From: Octopus sinensis
Lineage: Eukaryota
DNA: 64,000 nt
Reading direction: 5' to 3'
Assembly (NCBI RefSeq): GCF_006345805.1
Contig: NW_021825194.1
Span: 310,001-374,000, forward strand
Shown piece by piece: positions 26,639 through 38,859 of this stretch. The stretch's first letter is position 1, and each line of letters starts with the position of its first letter. A program made the position numbers and the translations under genes. Under the pieces are notes generated by a model that searched no databases, was not told the origin of the DNA, and worked only from the letters and a program-made list of their open reading frames with translations.

Positions 26639-27900
26639 TAAAGTTTGAGCCGATTTATAGTAGCTTACCTGTCGACTTATTTTAGAACATGGTTGAGTCC
26701 ATAAAATAGGATTTGACTACACCTCCATTTAGAGCATAGTTTAAGCTATCTTTTCGTGGAAGGTTTATGTTCCTATAACCGGTGTTAATTCTGTAACACT
26801 TTAAAATGGACGATAAGAAAGTTCATTTTCGGCACTTAATGCTTTTCTTTTTCTGTAAAGGGAAAAATGCCTCGCAAGCAACCAAAGAAATATGCGCAGC
26901 TTACGGTGTTGTTTCTTTATCCGAAAGAATTGTACGGAAGTGGTTCGCAAGGTTCCGAGCTGGAGATTGTAGCCTTATTGATAAAGAGTGGTCATGCAGA
27001 CAATCCACTACAGATGATGACCAAATCAAGTCATTAATTGAGAATAACCCACATTGCACAACCCGAGAATTGGCAGAATGCCTCAACCTATCAAAATCCG
27101 TCGTTCATGAGCACCTAGTAAAGCTTGGATACACAAATCGCTACGATGTTTGGATACCACATGAGTTGAGTGAGAAGAACCTTTTGGATCGCATTTCCAT
27201 CAGTGATTCGCTTTATAAACGGAATGAAAACGCGCCTTTTTTTAAAGCAAATTGTGACAGGTGATGAGAAATGGCCTATCTACTGAAATGTTCAGAGAAA
27301 GCGATCTTGGAATAAGCGACATGAGCCACCCTTAGCCACCCCAAATGCGGGTCTTCACCCTAAAAAAAGTCTTGCTTTGTGTCTGGTGGGATTGGAAAGG
27401 AATTCTGTACTATGAGCTTCTCCCAAGTAATCAGATAATTAATTCTGAGAAATACTGCACACAACTGAACGAGTTAAAAGCAGCAATTCATGAGAAACGT
27501 CCAAAATTGGCCAACAGGAAGGGTCTTGTTTTCCAACATGATAATGCAAGACCGTACATTTCTTTGGGCACCAGACAAAAGCTGCTTGCAGTTCGGCTGG
27601 TATGTGTTAACCCATCCTCCATATTCGCCTTCGGATTTCCAATTATCCAGGTCTCTGCAGAATAGTCTCAATGGTGAAAATTTCAATTCCTTGGATAACG
27701 TAAAAAGATACCTTGATGAATTCTTTGCCATGAAACCGCTTCAATTCTGGGAAGATGGTATTTTCAAGTTAAAGGAAAGATGGAGACGCATTGTGCAACA
27801 AAATGGTTCATGTTTGGTTGATGAAAAATGTAATAGCAAGTATTTATTGACCTTTTTCTTTCCTTTAAAAATCGGCACGAACTTTCCGGACAACCCAATA
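26639..27900 (+). mobile_element. Mariner (DD34D-type) transposon, frameshifted transposase pseudogene
   Basis: It contains an HTH region (HFRHLMLF...VRKWFARFRAG) and, across frameshifts, IVTGDEKW, WWDWKG, FQHDNARP and HPPYSP. The right TIR is aaaatcggcacgaactttccggacaacccaata; the left TIR is partial. Confidence 0.92.
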
Positions 27901-27914
27901 TACATATATATATA

Positions 27915-27966
<52 letters not shown>

Positions 27967-27968
<2 letters not shown>

Positions 27969-29526
27969 TACTCTCTCCCTTTGCTTTAACCTCTTCAATC
28001 TTTCTCCCTCCCCCTCCTCCTCTCTCTTCGCCGCGTGTCCCCCTCCTCCTTCCCTCTTCCTTGCCTATAAAACAAAATTCCTTTACACGTGGTTACCACT
28101 ATTGAAAAGACTGCCTCCACGCGCTGCTACTACACTTTCGTCCTTGCCAGCAAAAAGGCTTCTTCGTTCGTCCCCTTGTGTGGTTAATTTCCTGTATAGT
28201 ATTCTTGTTATTTTCTCGTTTTGTAACTAATTGTACTTTTTGTACATGTATTTTTATTTTTGCAGTTTTATTGTTTGTCTATGCCAGAAAAAAGGCTTTT
28301 TCGTTCGTCCTCTTGTGTTTGTTTTTGTACATGTATTTTAATTTTGCAGTCTTATTGTTACGTCTTGTTTGTGTTCGTACTCATTGTGCCCCGCTGCTTG
28401 AAATTTTATTTTAATTCTCTCGCAGGAAGGCCTATTGGATTAGTGTTCTGTTATGCCTTCGAAACATGCCTGACTCCTCTAGCGACAGCTGATGACGGGG
28501 GTTTTGTCCTTGTGTAACCTGTCCTGTATTTGGTTTTCGTTTTCCGTTTTCTTGTTTTTTGTTTTTTTCTGTTTCTACGTCTTATTGTGATGTCCTGTAC
28601 TTCCGTATAATTATTTATATATGCATGTATATATACATGTAGATGTAGGTACGTACATATATGTTTGTATGTATGCATATTTTTATTTATCTCCTTATTG
28701 TCTGACAGCGCCCCGCATCAGGTTCGTTCCGATTCGTCGTTTCGATCCACTTCTTGGTCCCCTTTTTTTATATTAATATTATTATATTGAAGATGCGGTA
28801 CTCTCTCCCTTTGCTTTAACCTCTTCAATCTTTCTCCCTCCCCCTCCTCCTCTCTCTTCGCCGCGTGTCCCCCTCCTCCTTCCCTCTTCCTTGCCTATAA
28901 AACAAAATTCCTTTACACGTGGTTACCACTATTGAAAAGACTGCCTCCACGCGCTGCTACTACACTTTCGTCCTTGCCAGCAAAAAGGCTTCTTCGTTCG
29001 TCCCCTTGTGTGGTTAATTTCCTGTATAGTATTCTTGTTATTTTCTCGTTTTGTAACTAATTGTACTTTTTGTACATGTATTTTTATTTTTGCAGTTTTA
29101 TTGTTTGTCTATGCCAGAAAAAAGGCTTTTTCGTTCGTCCTCTTGTGTTTGTTTTTGTACATGTATTTTAATTTTGCAGTCTTATTGTTACGTCTTGTTT
29201 GTGTTCGTACTCATTGTGCCCCGCTGCTTGAAATTTTATTTTAATTCTCTCGCAGGAAGGCCTATTGGATTAGTGTTCTGTTATGCCTTCGAAACATGCC
29301 TGACTCCTCTAGCGACAGCTGATGACGGGGGTTTTGTCCTTGTGTAACCTGTCCTGTATTTGGTTTTCGTTTTCCGTTTTCTTGTTTTTTGTTTTTTTCT
29401 GTTTCTACGTCTTATTGTGATGTCCTGTACTTCCGTATAATTATTTATATATGCATGTATATATACATGTAGATGTAGGTACGTACATATATGTTTGTAT
29501 GTATGCATATATTTTTATTTATCTCC

Positions 29527-29527
<1 letters not shown>
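27967..29527. repeat. Near-identical tandem duplication with an 830-bp period
   Basis: 27967-28694 matches 28797-29527, and the ORF-track duplicates are offset by 830 bp. Confidence 0.9.
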
Positions 29528-29569
<42 letters not shown>

Positions 29570-29572
<3 letters not shown>

Positions 29573-29765
29573 GTCAATCCAAATATGAACAAGCAGGAAA
29601 AACAACAACGCGGGGGCGTGTAATAAGCACAGTGTTATTGGACGCTCAGGAAAGGAAAGAAAAGAAAGACGATTTCACGTTTTGAGCGGAGCTCTTCATC
29701 AGAAATATAGAAAAAGTCCAAAGAAGGGAAGACGGAGAAAGGAAATCGCCAACGATACACACGCG
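29570..29765 (-). mobile_element. Short PLE-terminus unit related to HHa, with a decayed hammerhead (about 29672-29706)
   Basis: The minus strand reads CUGAUGA-A-GAGC(UCC)GCUC-AAAACGUG, where G12 appears mutated to A. Confidence 0.55.
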
Positions 29766-30484
29766 GTCACATATTGAAATGACAGGAAGGGAATGGGTGA
29801 AGAAAAAGTTCTTTCAAAGACAGGAGAGTGCAAGAGAAGGAGGTATGTGTGTGTGCGCAAGTCTGTGTGTGTAATGATAACACGTGTGTGTGTGGTTGTC
29901 GGTGTTTATGTATGTGTGTGGTTCGGCTTAGTATCGTTTAAGGTCATAGGAAAAATTTATAGTAAGAATTTTGGTAGGAGTGGCTGCCTGTATGTCTACC
30001 TAGAATGGTCAGTAGAAAGGTACTGAGAGTTTGAAGTATATGTGTGTGCGAGTATGTATATTTAGTGTTTTGTTTTGTTTGCAGTGTGTGTGTGTATGTA
30101 TGTATGTGTGTGTGTATCTGTGGGTATTTGTATACGCGTGAGGGTGGGTGTGTGGAGTAACTGTACTTTACTCTGTGTATGTGTGTGTGCTTGTATGTGT
30201 GTGTGTGTACATGTATGCATAATTGTGTGCGTGTGTTTGTGCCCATATGTGTGTGATTGTGTGCGTGCCTATATGTGTATTGTGTGTGTTGGAAGTATAT
30301 ATGCGTACATGTACTAGTGTGTGTATGTGTATGTACGTGTGTATATGTGTGTGTATGTGTGTCTGTGTGTGCGAGGGGTTGTGTGGGTTAGGTATCTGTG
30401 CATTCCTGTATGTGTGTGGTGTGTGTGGGAGGTATATGTGCGTTCATGTGTGTGCATATATATATATGTATGTATATATATATA

Positions 30485-30571
<87 letters not shown>

Positions 30572-30619
30572 TGGTACAACCGGCGATTATAATTAATTTT
30601 ATTGTATCGCATTTATCTT

Positions 30620-30663
<44 letters not shown>

Positions 30664-30873
30664 ATATTGAAGTAGATAAATGAATTATCTTATTACGGAT
30701 AATTCAAATGATAACCGATACCTGGGTAGCAAAAATCACAACAGAAAAGGCACGGTTGAGGTTACGACCATGGGGCCTAAAATCCGTGCCTTAGTGCGGA
30801 AATTTGAAGTTTTATATATTTAGTGTAGGAAGAAATGGAGCTGAACGAAGATTTAACAAAATTCCTTTTTATT

Positions 30874-30959
30874 ATTTTCTACATATGTTTCAAAGGCTGC
30901 AAAGTCCCTAATTCGGATTGAATAAGGAGTCCATTTTGCAGCCTTCTCTTCAGAAAAAT
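30874..30959 (-). ncRNA. Type I hammerhead ribozyme (copy in the inverted pLTR)
   Basis: Reverse complement of 34903-34988. Confidence 0.85.
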
Positions 30960-31949
30960 CCAGGAACTTAATTCTCAAACAAAATGCACAGCAAGCTTTT
31001 CGACAAAACGCTCACGAGGAGCCCATGGAATAAATGGCACAAACTGTCTATCTTTATGCGTTGACGCCAGGCTGGGTGAAAGCAGACGAGAAGGTCCGTT
31101 GAGATAATTCAAGGTCAAAATCCGGTTAGCAGAAGGGGAGTACAGGAAAATCAAAGAGTGTCAATGTATTCTGTATGACTGGCGTTAATATTTGAATTAT
31201 TTTAAGAATGAGTGCTAGAGCGTTTGAGTGTGAGAAATTGCTTTCATGTATGTGTGTGTGCGTCTATGTATGTGTGGCAGTGTGTTTCGAAGGCAGCAAG
31301 AGAGAGAGAGAGAGATATATAGCAGGTATTAATGGTCAAGCAACAGAAAAGACTGTGTCTGTGTGTTCGTCTGTAACGACTTGATAGAGAGAGGGGGTAT
31401 CACAATGGTCATGGCAGGATACAGTGCTGCTGTCAGGGATGTCAGCAGTTCTAGACAACTAGCAGTTCTTATAATAACAGGGGAGTGATATCCCCTTACA
31501 AATTTAATTCAAATTTTTTTCAATTTTCTTAGGAAATCAAGCGGTTAACTATATTAGACTTCATTGGTATGAGAGAAATGTATGCCTTTTCCAGTGGGGG
31601 CATCTGAAAGAATTTTGCACAATCGAGTTAACAAGGTGCCCTCGGGCGAACAGAATATGAAAGAGTTCCGAGTTACAAAGAGCACAGATTTTTTGCCCTT
31701 ATCAAACGGTATAGACACCGATAAAATTGATCATTCCAGTCTAAAAGTTGAATTCGCGTTCTTCAAACGCCAGACTAATTTGCTCAGCCCCGTAGCGTGT
31801 TGCTTTTCCTTATCACCAGACTGAAGAAATTTGAGGACGACTTATAGGGCATTGTAAGGAGCATTAAATTCAGGAAGTCGCCCCGTAGGAATGAACACCT
31901 CAGATACCTAGGGAAAATTACTAAGGATATCAACAGCTCAGACGGAATC

Positions 31950-32915
31950 TTGGTCCAATCTGACAAAACAAGGAATACTTACAAGATACCTATAAACCAG
32001 TACTTAGAATTACTCAGGAAAGAGATCCAGAAGAACTATAGAACTACAAATAAGAATACACTGAGAAGAGTTAACTTGGAGATTAAGAAAATTATGGTAA
32101 ATTATGGGCTTCAAATGAGAACACAACCGCTTAACCCAAGACAACCTAGATTCATCGTTAAGGACCACAAACCAAATTTCCACACCAATCCAGCATTAAG
32201 GCTCATATGCCCTTCTAGTTCCGACATCGGTTCCATCAGTAAGTACATTTTAGACAAATACATTCCTAGTTTAGTTAATAAGCTTAAGCTTAACCTTTGG
32301 GCGAACTCCTCGCAAGTCGTAAAGTGGTTCTCTTCTATCCCTAATAAAAACAGAACTAAGTTCATTCAGTTCGATATTGCTAATTTCTACCCCTCGATTA
32401 ACCCTAGTATACTCAATAAGGCCCTGTGGCATGCACATAATAAGGCAGGCCTCACAAGAGAAGAAATTGATATAATTCTAGTCACCAGAAAATCCTTTAT
32501 ACAGTTTGAAGATAAGTTATGGGTTCGGAAGGATACTCCCAACGAGTTCGATGTGCTTATGGGAAGTTCAGATAGCGCCCAGATTGCCGATTTGGTCGGA
32601 ATCTATATTCTCTATGAATTATCCGACCAATTCCCGGACATCGGAGGCGGCCTATATCGTGACGATTGTCTGTTTTACCTACAGAACACCCCGAATAGAA
32701 TGATACAGAAAACTAAAAATAGATTAGCTAGGTTCTTTAATAGGATGGGCATGAGCATAGTTTTTGATAACGAACTTACCAAGGCAAATTTCTTAGATGT
32801 CACACTAAACCTGCATAGCGATTCTTACTGCCCCTACCACAAACCTTCCACTAACTTAAAGTATGTCAGTGTTTTCTCTAACCACGCAAAAACTATAACA
32901 GACAATTTAGTTTAA
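31950..32915 (+). CDS. PLE reverse transcriptase (5'-truncated, ends in a premature stop)
   Basis: It contains FIQFDIANFYPSI, LMGSSDSAQIADLVG, GGGLYRDD and NFLDVTLNL...PYHKP. The frame continues past TAA 32913 and then shifts near 33020. Confidence 0.93.
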   Translation: MVQSDKTRNTYKIPINQYLELLRKEIQKNYRTTNKNTLRRVNLEIKKIMVNYGLQMRTQPLNPRQPRFIVKDHKPNFHTNPALRLICPSSSDIGSISKYILDKYIPSLVNKLKLNLWANSSQVVKWFSSIPNKNRTKFIQFDIANFYPSINPSILNKALWHAHNKAGLTREEIDIILVTRKSFIQFEDKLWVRKDTPNEFDVLMGSSDSAQIADLVGIYILYELSDQFPDIGGGLYRDDCLFYLQNTPNRMIQKTKNRLARFFNRMGMSIVFDNELTKANFLDVTLNLHSDSYCPYHKPSTNLKYVSVFSNHAKTITDNLV

Positions 32916-33166
32916 AATATTTCTCAAAGATTAACAAATTTATCTGCCAACGTCGACATTTTTAGGCAGAAAGCGGAATTTTATAATGCCGCCCTGTCAA
33001 AAGCCGGTTATAGCATATAGCATATATAGACCCAGCCCTTCCGAAACCAGCATTCTATCATCAGGATAAGTCAAGTTACAATAACATAAATAATATAAGT
33101 AGTGATGGTAGCCTGAGGAATGTCGATACAAGTACAACTAGCATAAATATAGATAACATAAATAAT

Positions 33167-34135
33167 TTGCGGTCCAGGGGAGGCCATCGTAGGCCAAAAC
33201 CCATTATTCAACCCAGAGATACCCACCTTAATGTTAGAGTTGACTCTCCGAGCCAGTACAAGAACAGGAAAAACTATATTTGGTTTGTAATTCCCTTTGG
33301 TAAACAAATAAGATCTAACCTACCGTTGCTGTTTCGCCAGGCAATTGCCAGAAATTTTTCCAGAAATTCGAGATATTACTCCACTGTTAATTCGCACAAA
33401 GTTAGGATAGCCTTCTCCAATACTAAAAATCTTTCACAGATAATTTCCTCCCATAACAATAAGCTGCTAAATAAGGCCCTCTCACCCATGAGCGGAGACT
33501 CTGCTCCGTCTAATTCCAACATAACGCGCAGTAATAATAATAATAATAATAGAACTGGCACAGATATTAGCAACCTCCATACCAACATTGGAGTTAGTAA
33601 TAGTAATAAGGATAAGAGCAATGATCTCGTCATTAACGTAGGGGGAGTAAGTACTGGTAATAAGGATAAGAGCACTGATCTAGTCATTAATGTAGGGAGT
33701 CCCAACAATAATATTAGCAGCGGTTTTAACAACAGTAGTATTAAGGACATTATCAATCACAGCATTCACAGTAACAGGGAATATGCAGGTGATATTGCCT
33801 TAAATAGTAATGATAATGGGGTGAATAATATCGAATCCAGCGGTAGTTTTTACAATCATCATAGTAATAAGAACGCTGTATTAATATCGGAAACCAATCC
33901 CAATAGATTAAGGTTCTTATCTAGTAACTCCAAGATTAGAAACGCCATTTACCAGTGTAGAGTTTATACTGATTCAGATGTCTACATTTATATCGGAGCT
34001 TCATCATCGAAATTGGCTGTTAGAATATCGAATCATTTTTCCACGTTCCGTGATAAGGAAAAGCAACACGCTACGGGGCTGAGCAAATTAGTCTGGCGTT
34101 TGAAGAACGCGAATTCAACTTTTAGACTGGAATGA
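33167..34135 (+). CDS. PLE Asn-rich linker and GIY-YIG endonuclease (disrupted)
   Basis: It contains AIYQCRV...YIYIGASSSKLAVRISNHF...GLSKLVWRLK. A TGA stands where Trp is expected, and CxxC/CPH remnants follow downstream. Confidence 0.88.
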   Translation: MRSRGGHRRPKPIIQPRDTHLNVRVDSPSQYKNRKNYIWFVIPFGKQIRSNLPLLFRQAIARNFSRNSRYYSTVNSHKVRIAFSNTKNLSQIISSHNNKLLNKALSPMSGDSAPSNSNITRSNNNNNNRTGTDISNLHTNIGVSNSNKDKSNDLVINVGGVSTGNKDKSTDLVINVGSPNNNISSGFNNSSIKDIINHSIHSNREYAGDIALNSNDNGVNNIESSGSFYNHHSNKNAVLISETNPNRLRFLSSNSKIRNAIYQCRVYTDSDVYIYIGASSSKLAVRISNHFSTFRDKEKQHATGLSKLVWRLKNANSTFRLE

Positions 34136-34902
34136 TCAATTTTATCGGTGTCTATACCGTTTGATAAGGGCAAAAAATCTGTGCTCTTTGTAACTCGGAA
34201 CTCTTTCATATTCTGTTCGCCCGAGGGCACCTTGTTAACTCGATTGTGCAAAATTCTTTCAGATGCCCCCACTGGAAAAGGCATACATTTCTCTCATACC
34301 AATGAAGTCTAATATAGTTAACCGCTTGATTTCCTAAGGAAATTGAAAAAAATTTGAATTAAATTTGTAAGGGGATATCACTCCCCTGTTATTATAAGAA
34401 CTGCTAGTTGTCTAGAACTGCTGACATCCCTGACAGCAGCACTGTATCCTGCCATGACCATTGTGATACCCCCTCTCTCTATCAAGTCGTTACAGACGAA
34501 CACACAGACACAGTCTTTTCTGTTGCTTGACCATTAATACCTGCTATATATATCTCTCTCTCTTGCTGCCTTCGAAACACACTGCCACACATACATAGAC
34601 GCACACACACATACATGAAAGCAATTTCTCACACTCAAACGCTCTAGCACTCATTCTTAAAATAATTCAAATATTAACACCAGTCATACAGAATACATTG
34701 ACACTCTTTGATTTTCCTGTACTCCCCTTCTGCTAACCGGATTTTGACCTTGAATTATCTCAACGGACCTTCTCGTCTGCTTTCACCCAGCCTGGCGTCA
34801 ACGCATAAAGATAGACAGTTTGTGCCATTTACTCCATGGGCTCCTCGTGAGCGTTTTGTCGAAAAGCTTGCTGTGCATTTTGTTGGAGAATTAAGTTCCT
34901 GG

Positions 34903-34988
34903 ATTTTTCTGAAGAGAAGGCTGCAAAATGGACTCCTTATTCAATCCGAATTAGGGACTTTGCAGCCTTTGAAACATATGTAGAAAAT
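34903..34988 (+). ncRNA. Type I hammerhead ribozyme in the PLE 3' region
   Basis: The RNA reads AUUUUU-CUGAAGA-GAAGGCUGCAAA...UUUGCAGCCUUU-GAAA-C(AUAU)G-UA^GAAAAU. It has a canonical core, a 12-bp stem II and a palindromic stem III, with predicted cleavage after 34982. Confidence 0.9.
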
Positions 34989-35039
34989 AATAAAAAGGAA
35001 TTTTGTTAAATCTTCGTTCAGCTCCATTTCTTCCTACAC

Positions 35040-35070
<31 letters not shown>

Positions 35071-35478
35071 CTTTTCTCTTTCTCTTTTACTTGTTTCAGT
35101 CATTTGACTGCGGCCATGCTGGAGCACCGCCTTTAGTCGAGCAAATCGACCCCGGGACTTATTCTTTGTAAGCCCAGTACTTATTCTATCGGTCTCTTTT
35201 TGCCGAACCGCTAAGTGACAGGGACGTAAACACACCAGCATCGGTTGTCAAGCAATGCTAGGGGGACAAACACAGACACACAAACACACATACATATATA
35301 TATATACATATATACGACAGGCTTCTTTCAGTTTCCGTCTACCAAATCCACTCACAAGGCATTGGTCGGCCCGGGGCCATAGCAGAAGACACTTGCCCAA
35401 GAGGCCACGCAGTGGGACTGAACCCGGAACCATGAGGTTGGTTAGCAAGCTACTTACCACACAGCCACTCCTGCGCCA
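35071..35478 (-). mobile_element. SINE family A, young full-length copy
   Basis: Close reverse-complement match to 8545-8930. Confidence 0.88.
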
Positions 35479-35528
35479 TATATATATATATATGTATATA
35501 TTTAGTGTAGGAAGAAATGGAGCTGAAC

Positions 35529-35559
<31 letters not shown>

Positions 35560-35568
<9 letters not shown>

Positions 35569-37265
35569 TATATATGTATATAAACCAATAAATGGTGGGG
35601 TTGTGTTGACCACACGTAGAGAAATGATAGGAGAGGAAAAATTATAAGGCAGAATGCTAAATTGAAAGTATATTTTAATAAAAATGGGTGTATCGAAAAT
35701 TAAAAAATAATAGGTCAAACCGGTTTTTATCGCAAAGCAAATTTTCAAGATTTGAAAGGGGCAAAAAAATTGAGGAAGGGGAAAAAAGAAATCTACAATG
35801 TTTTTTCAAAAAAAATAATAATAAACATATACGAAAATTAATAAATAAGTATACCGATATATTGTAGAGTCTTTATGCTTTTTGAGTTCAATAATAGTCC
35901 TTGGAAAAATTTATTTGGAGGATTAAGATCCATGTGATGAAACGTGGTGCTTAGTTTGAAGTGCTTGGTAAAAGAGTGTCAAAACAGGAAATGGGGTAGG
36001 AGTTATCCAGTTCCTGTGAGTAAGGGGAGATAACTCTGTGGATTTTATGCTCTTCAATTGGGATGATGGACTTTTTGTCAAACAGAATGCTTATATAATT
36101 TTTTTGTCAAATAGGATGTTAGAAAAGGAGTATGGTCATCGTAGAGTTTGCATATTAAGATGCGTTTGGAATTTTTCAATAAAAAGATTCTCCTTGTTGA
36201 TTCTTTCTAGTGTAGTGATTCCGTCTTTACATTGGTAGAAGGGGAATATGTGAAATTTAGGACACTAGCCTCTAGCACACGAGTCTATGTGGCTACTTAG
36301 TGGAATTTAACGAAATTCTGGGAGATTTATCTGTTCTTTATGGACTGCCACTCTTCTGCGTAAAGGAAGGCTCGTTTGTCCAACATAATTGTGTTGGCAA
36401 CCGGCGCATGTGAGAACGTAGATGAGGTTCTCGGAGGAACAGGAGAAGTTGGTTTTGATTTTAAACTTTGTTCCTTGTTTGAAAGTAAATTCAGAGCCTT
36501 CAAGTAGGAAGGGACAGGTGCCACAGTTAGGGCGTCCACCTTTTTTAACTGATGGGGGTGGATATGTTGTGTGAAGTTTTGCATTTGACAAGAGTTTTTT
36601 CAAAGATTTGTTGCCTTTTGCATTTGAGGATTTTATGTGTATTGATAATATTATTCATTTTGGGGTCTGTGGACAGTAAGGGGAGGTTTTGTATGATTGT
36701 GGTGTATGCTTCGATATTTTGGGGGTTGTGGGTGGAAATGTATAGAAGTATGTTGCTGTGTTGGGTGGTTTTCAGTGTATTATTGTCTAGTTCTTTGGCA
36801 CGTTTTATTCCATACTCTATGAGAGTAGAGGGATATTGGTGTTGTAATAGTGGTTTTTTGAGGTCTTGAAGGCGTATTTCTCGAGTTTTGGGATCTGAGA
36901 CAACTTTTAGCAAAGTTGAAAGGGATATTTATCTTGGTGCGTTTTGGGTGTCATGAGCTAAAGAGAAGGAATTGTTGTGAGTCTGTAGGTTTGTGGTAGA
37001 TGTCTGTTATGATTTGTTTGTTAGATGTTTTTATAATTAGGAGATCAAGGAAAGGGAGATGATGTTTCCTGAATTCCATAGTGAATTGAATGCTGGGATG
37101 TATGTTATTCTGTGTGGTTTTGAATTCCAGAAGTTTTTCATAAGATTCTTTCCATGTGATGAAACAATCATTTAAGTATTTTTTCCAGTTTTCCATTAAG
37201 TAGATGTGGAAAACGTGTCCAAATTTCTGGCGTGATAACTCATTGTCTTATCATAATTTTCCTCT

Positions 37266-37268
<3 letters not shown>
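35560..37268 (-). mobile_element. 5'-truncated PLE of a different clade (P3; Cys-linker, Neptune-like by inference)
   Basis: It contains WKKYLNDCFITW...LPFLDL...YHKPTD (RT end) and CGTC...FSCSSENLIYVLTCAGCQHNYVGQT...RVAVH (GIY-YIG), with frameshifts. Confidence 0.85.
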
Positions 37269-37308
<40 letters not shown>

Positions 37309-37698
37309 ATTTTGATTTTGATTTTTCCAGTTTCAGCTAATGAGCTGTGGCCATGCTGGGGCACCGCCATTTACATATATATATATATAATTAAAAAAAT
37401 CCACCTTTTATCAATTCAAAATGAACAATTAAATTACACCATCTAGAAAATTACATATAATAGAAATATTAAAATTAAAATAACAATAATATACCGATGA
37501 TTAGCTAAATTGCAAAAAAATAACAAAAACGTATATAATTGGTAGAATAACGGACGTGTTTCGTGGCTATATTTAAGAAATGATTATAGTAAAAAAGATA
37601 AATAGTAGTAGTAAAATCATTTTGATATAAATATAGCCACTCATCAGGTTAAAAATAAACTAGAATAATAAAATAATTAGTTAATAAATATACTTTAA

Positions 37699-37752
<54 letters not shown>

Positions 37753-38152
37753 TATATATATATTAAAGTATATTTATTAACTAATTATTTTATTATTCTA
37801 GTTTATTTTTAACCTGATGAGTGGCTATATTTATATCAAAATGATTTTACTACTACTATTTATCTTTTTTACTATAATCATTTCTTAAATATAGCCACGA
37901 AACACGTCCGTTATTCTACCAATTATATACGTTTTTGTTATTTTTTTGCAATTTAGCTAATCATCGGTATATTATTGTTATTTTAATTTTAATATTTCTA
38001 TTATATGTAATTTTCTAGATGGTGTAATTTAATTGTTCATTTTGAATTGATAAAAGGTGGATTTTTTTAATTATATATATATATATGTAAATGGCGGTGC
38101 CCCAGCATGGCCACAGCTCATTAGCTGAAACTGGAAAAATCAAAATCAAAAT

Positions 38153-38193
<41 letters not shown>

Positions 38194-38385
38194 AGAGGAA
38201 AATTATGATAAGACAATGAGTTATCACGCCAGAAATTTGGACACGTTTTCCACATCTACTTAATGGAAAACTGGAAAAAATACTTAAATGATTGTTTCAT
38301 CACATGGAAAGAATCTTATGAAAAACTTCTGGAATTCAAAACCACACAGAATAACATACATCCCAGCATTCAATTCACTATGGAA
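37074..38385. repeat. About 1.3-kb near-perfect palindrome centred on (TA)n
   Basis: The arms are reverse complements apart from TA-tract lengths. The ORF track shows the mirrored pairs 36951-37196/38263- and 37204-37446/38015-38227. Confidence 0.92.
37810..37913 (+). ncRNA. Type I hammerhead-like ribozyme (mirror copy at 37548-37651 on the minus strand)
   Basis: The RNA reads UAAC-CUGAUGA-GUGGCUAUAUUU...AAAUAUAGCCAC-GAAA-C(AC)G-UC^C-GUUA. It has a canonical core and a 12-bp stem II; stem I has a bulge. Confidence 0.75.
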
Positions 38386-38693
38386 GGGAAGGGGGAGAAA
38401 AAGAGGAGCAAAGGAATTAAGGAGGGGAGAAGAGAGAGAAAAGGAACAAAGGAATTAAGGAGGGGGAGAAGAGAGAGAAAAAGAGGAACAAGGAATTAAG
38501 GAGAGGGAGAAGAAAGAGAGCGTGTAGACCGAAGAATGAAGGATTTGCGAGAAAAAAGGAAGACAGGAACATTGTAGAGCAAAGTAAGAAAGGCAAAGAA
38601 TGTGGGAGAGTGGGGAGAGAGAGTGTGTTGAAGTCGTACAAAGTTTAGTGAAATGTGTACTTACATATTAGAGAACAAAGTGTACGTACGCCG

Positions 38694-38736
<43 letters not shown>

Positions 38737-38787
38737 ATACATATATATAAATACAAAATGGGGCAAGAACGCAAAACATCCAAATAG

Positions 38788-38859
<72 letters not shown>

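Larger units (their letters stand above)
30814..35048 (+). mobile_element. Penelope-like element (family P2) with 1-kb inverted pseudo-LTRs
   Basis: 30814-31816 is the reverse complement of 34050-35048. The two arms enclose a PLE RT and a GIY-YIG endonuclease, and both ends abut (TA)n. Confidence 0.95.

Noticed and set aside
31582-34284. Twin ORFs MPFPVGASER (31582-31824 plus, 34033-34284 minus)
   Set aside because: They are antisense shadows of the GIY-YIG C-terminus within the inverted repeat.
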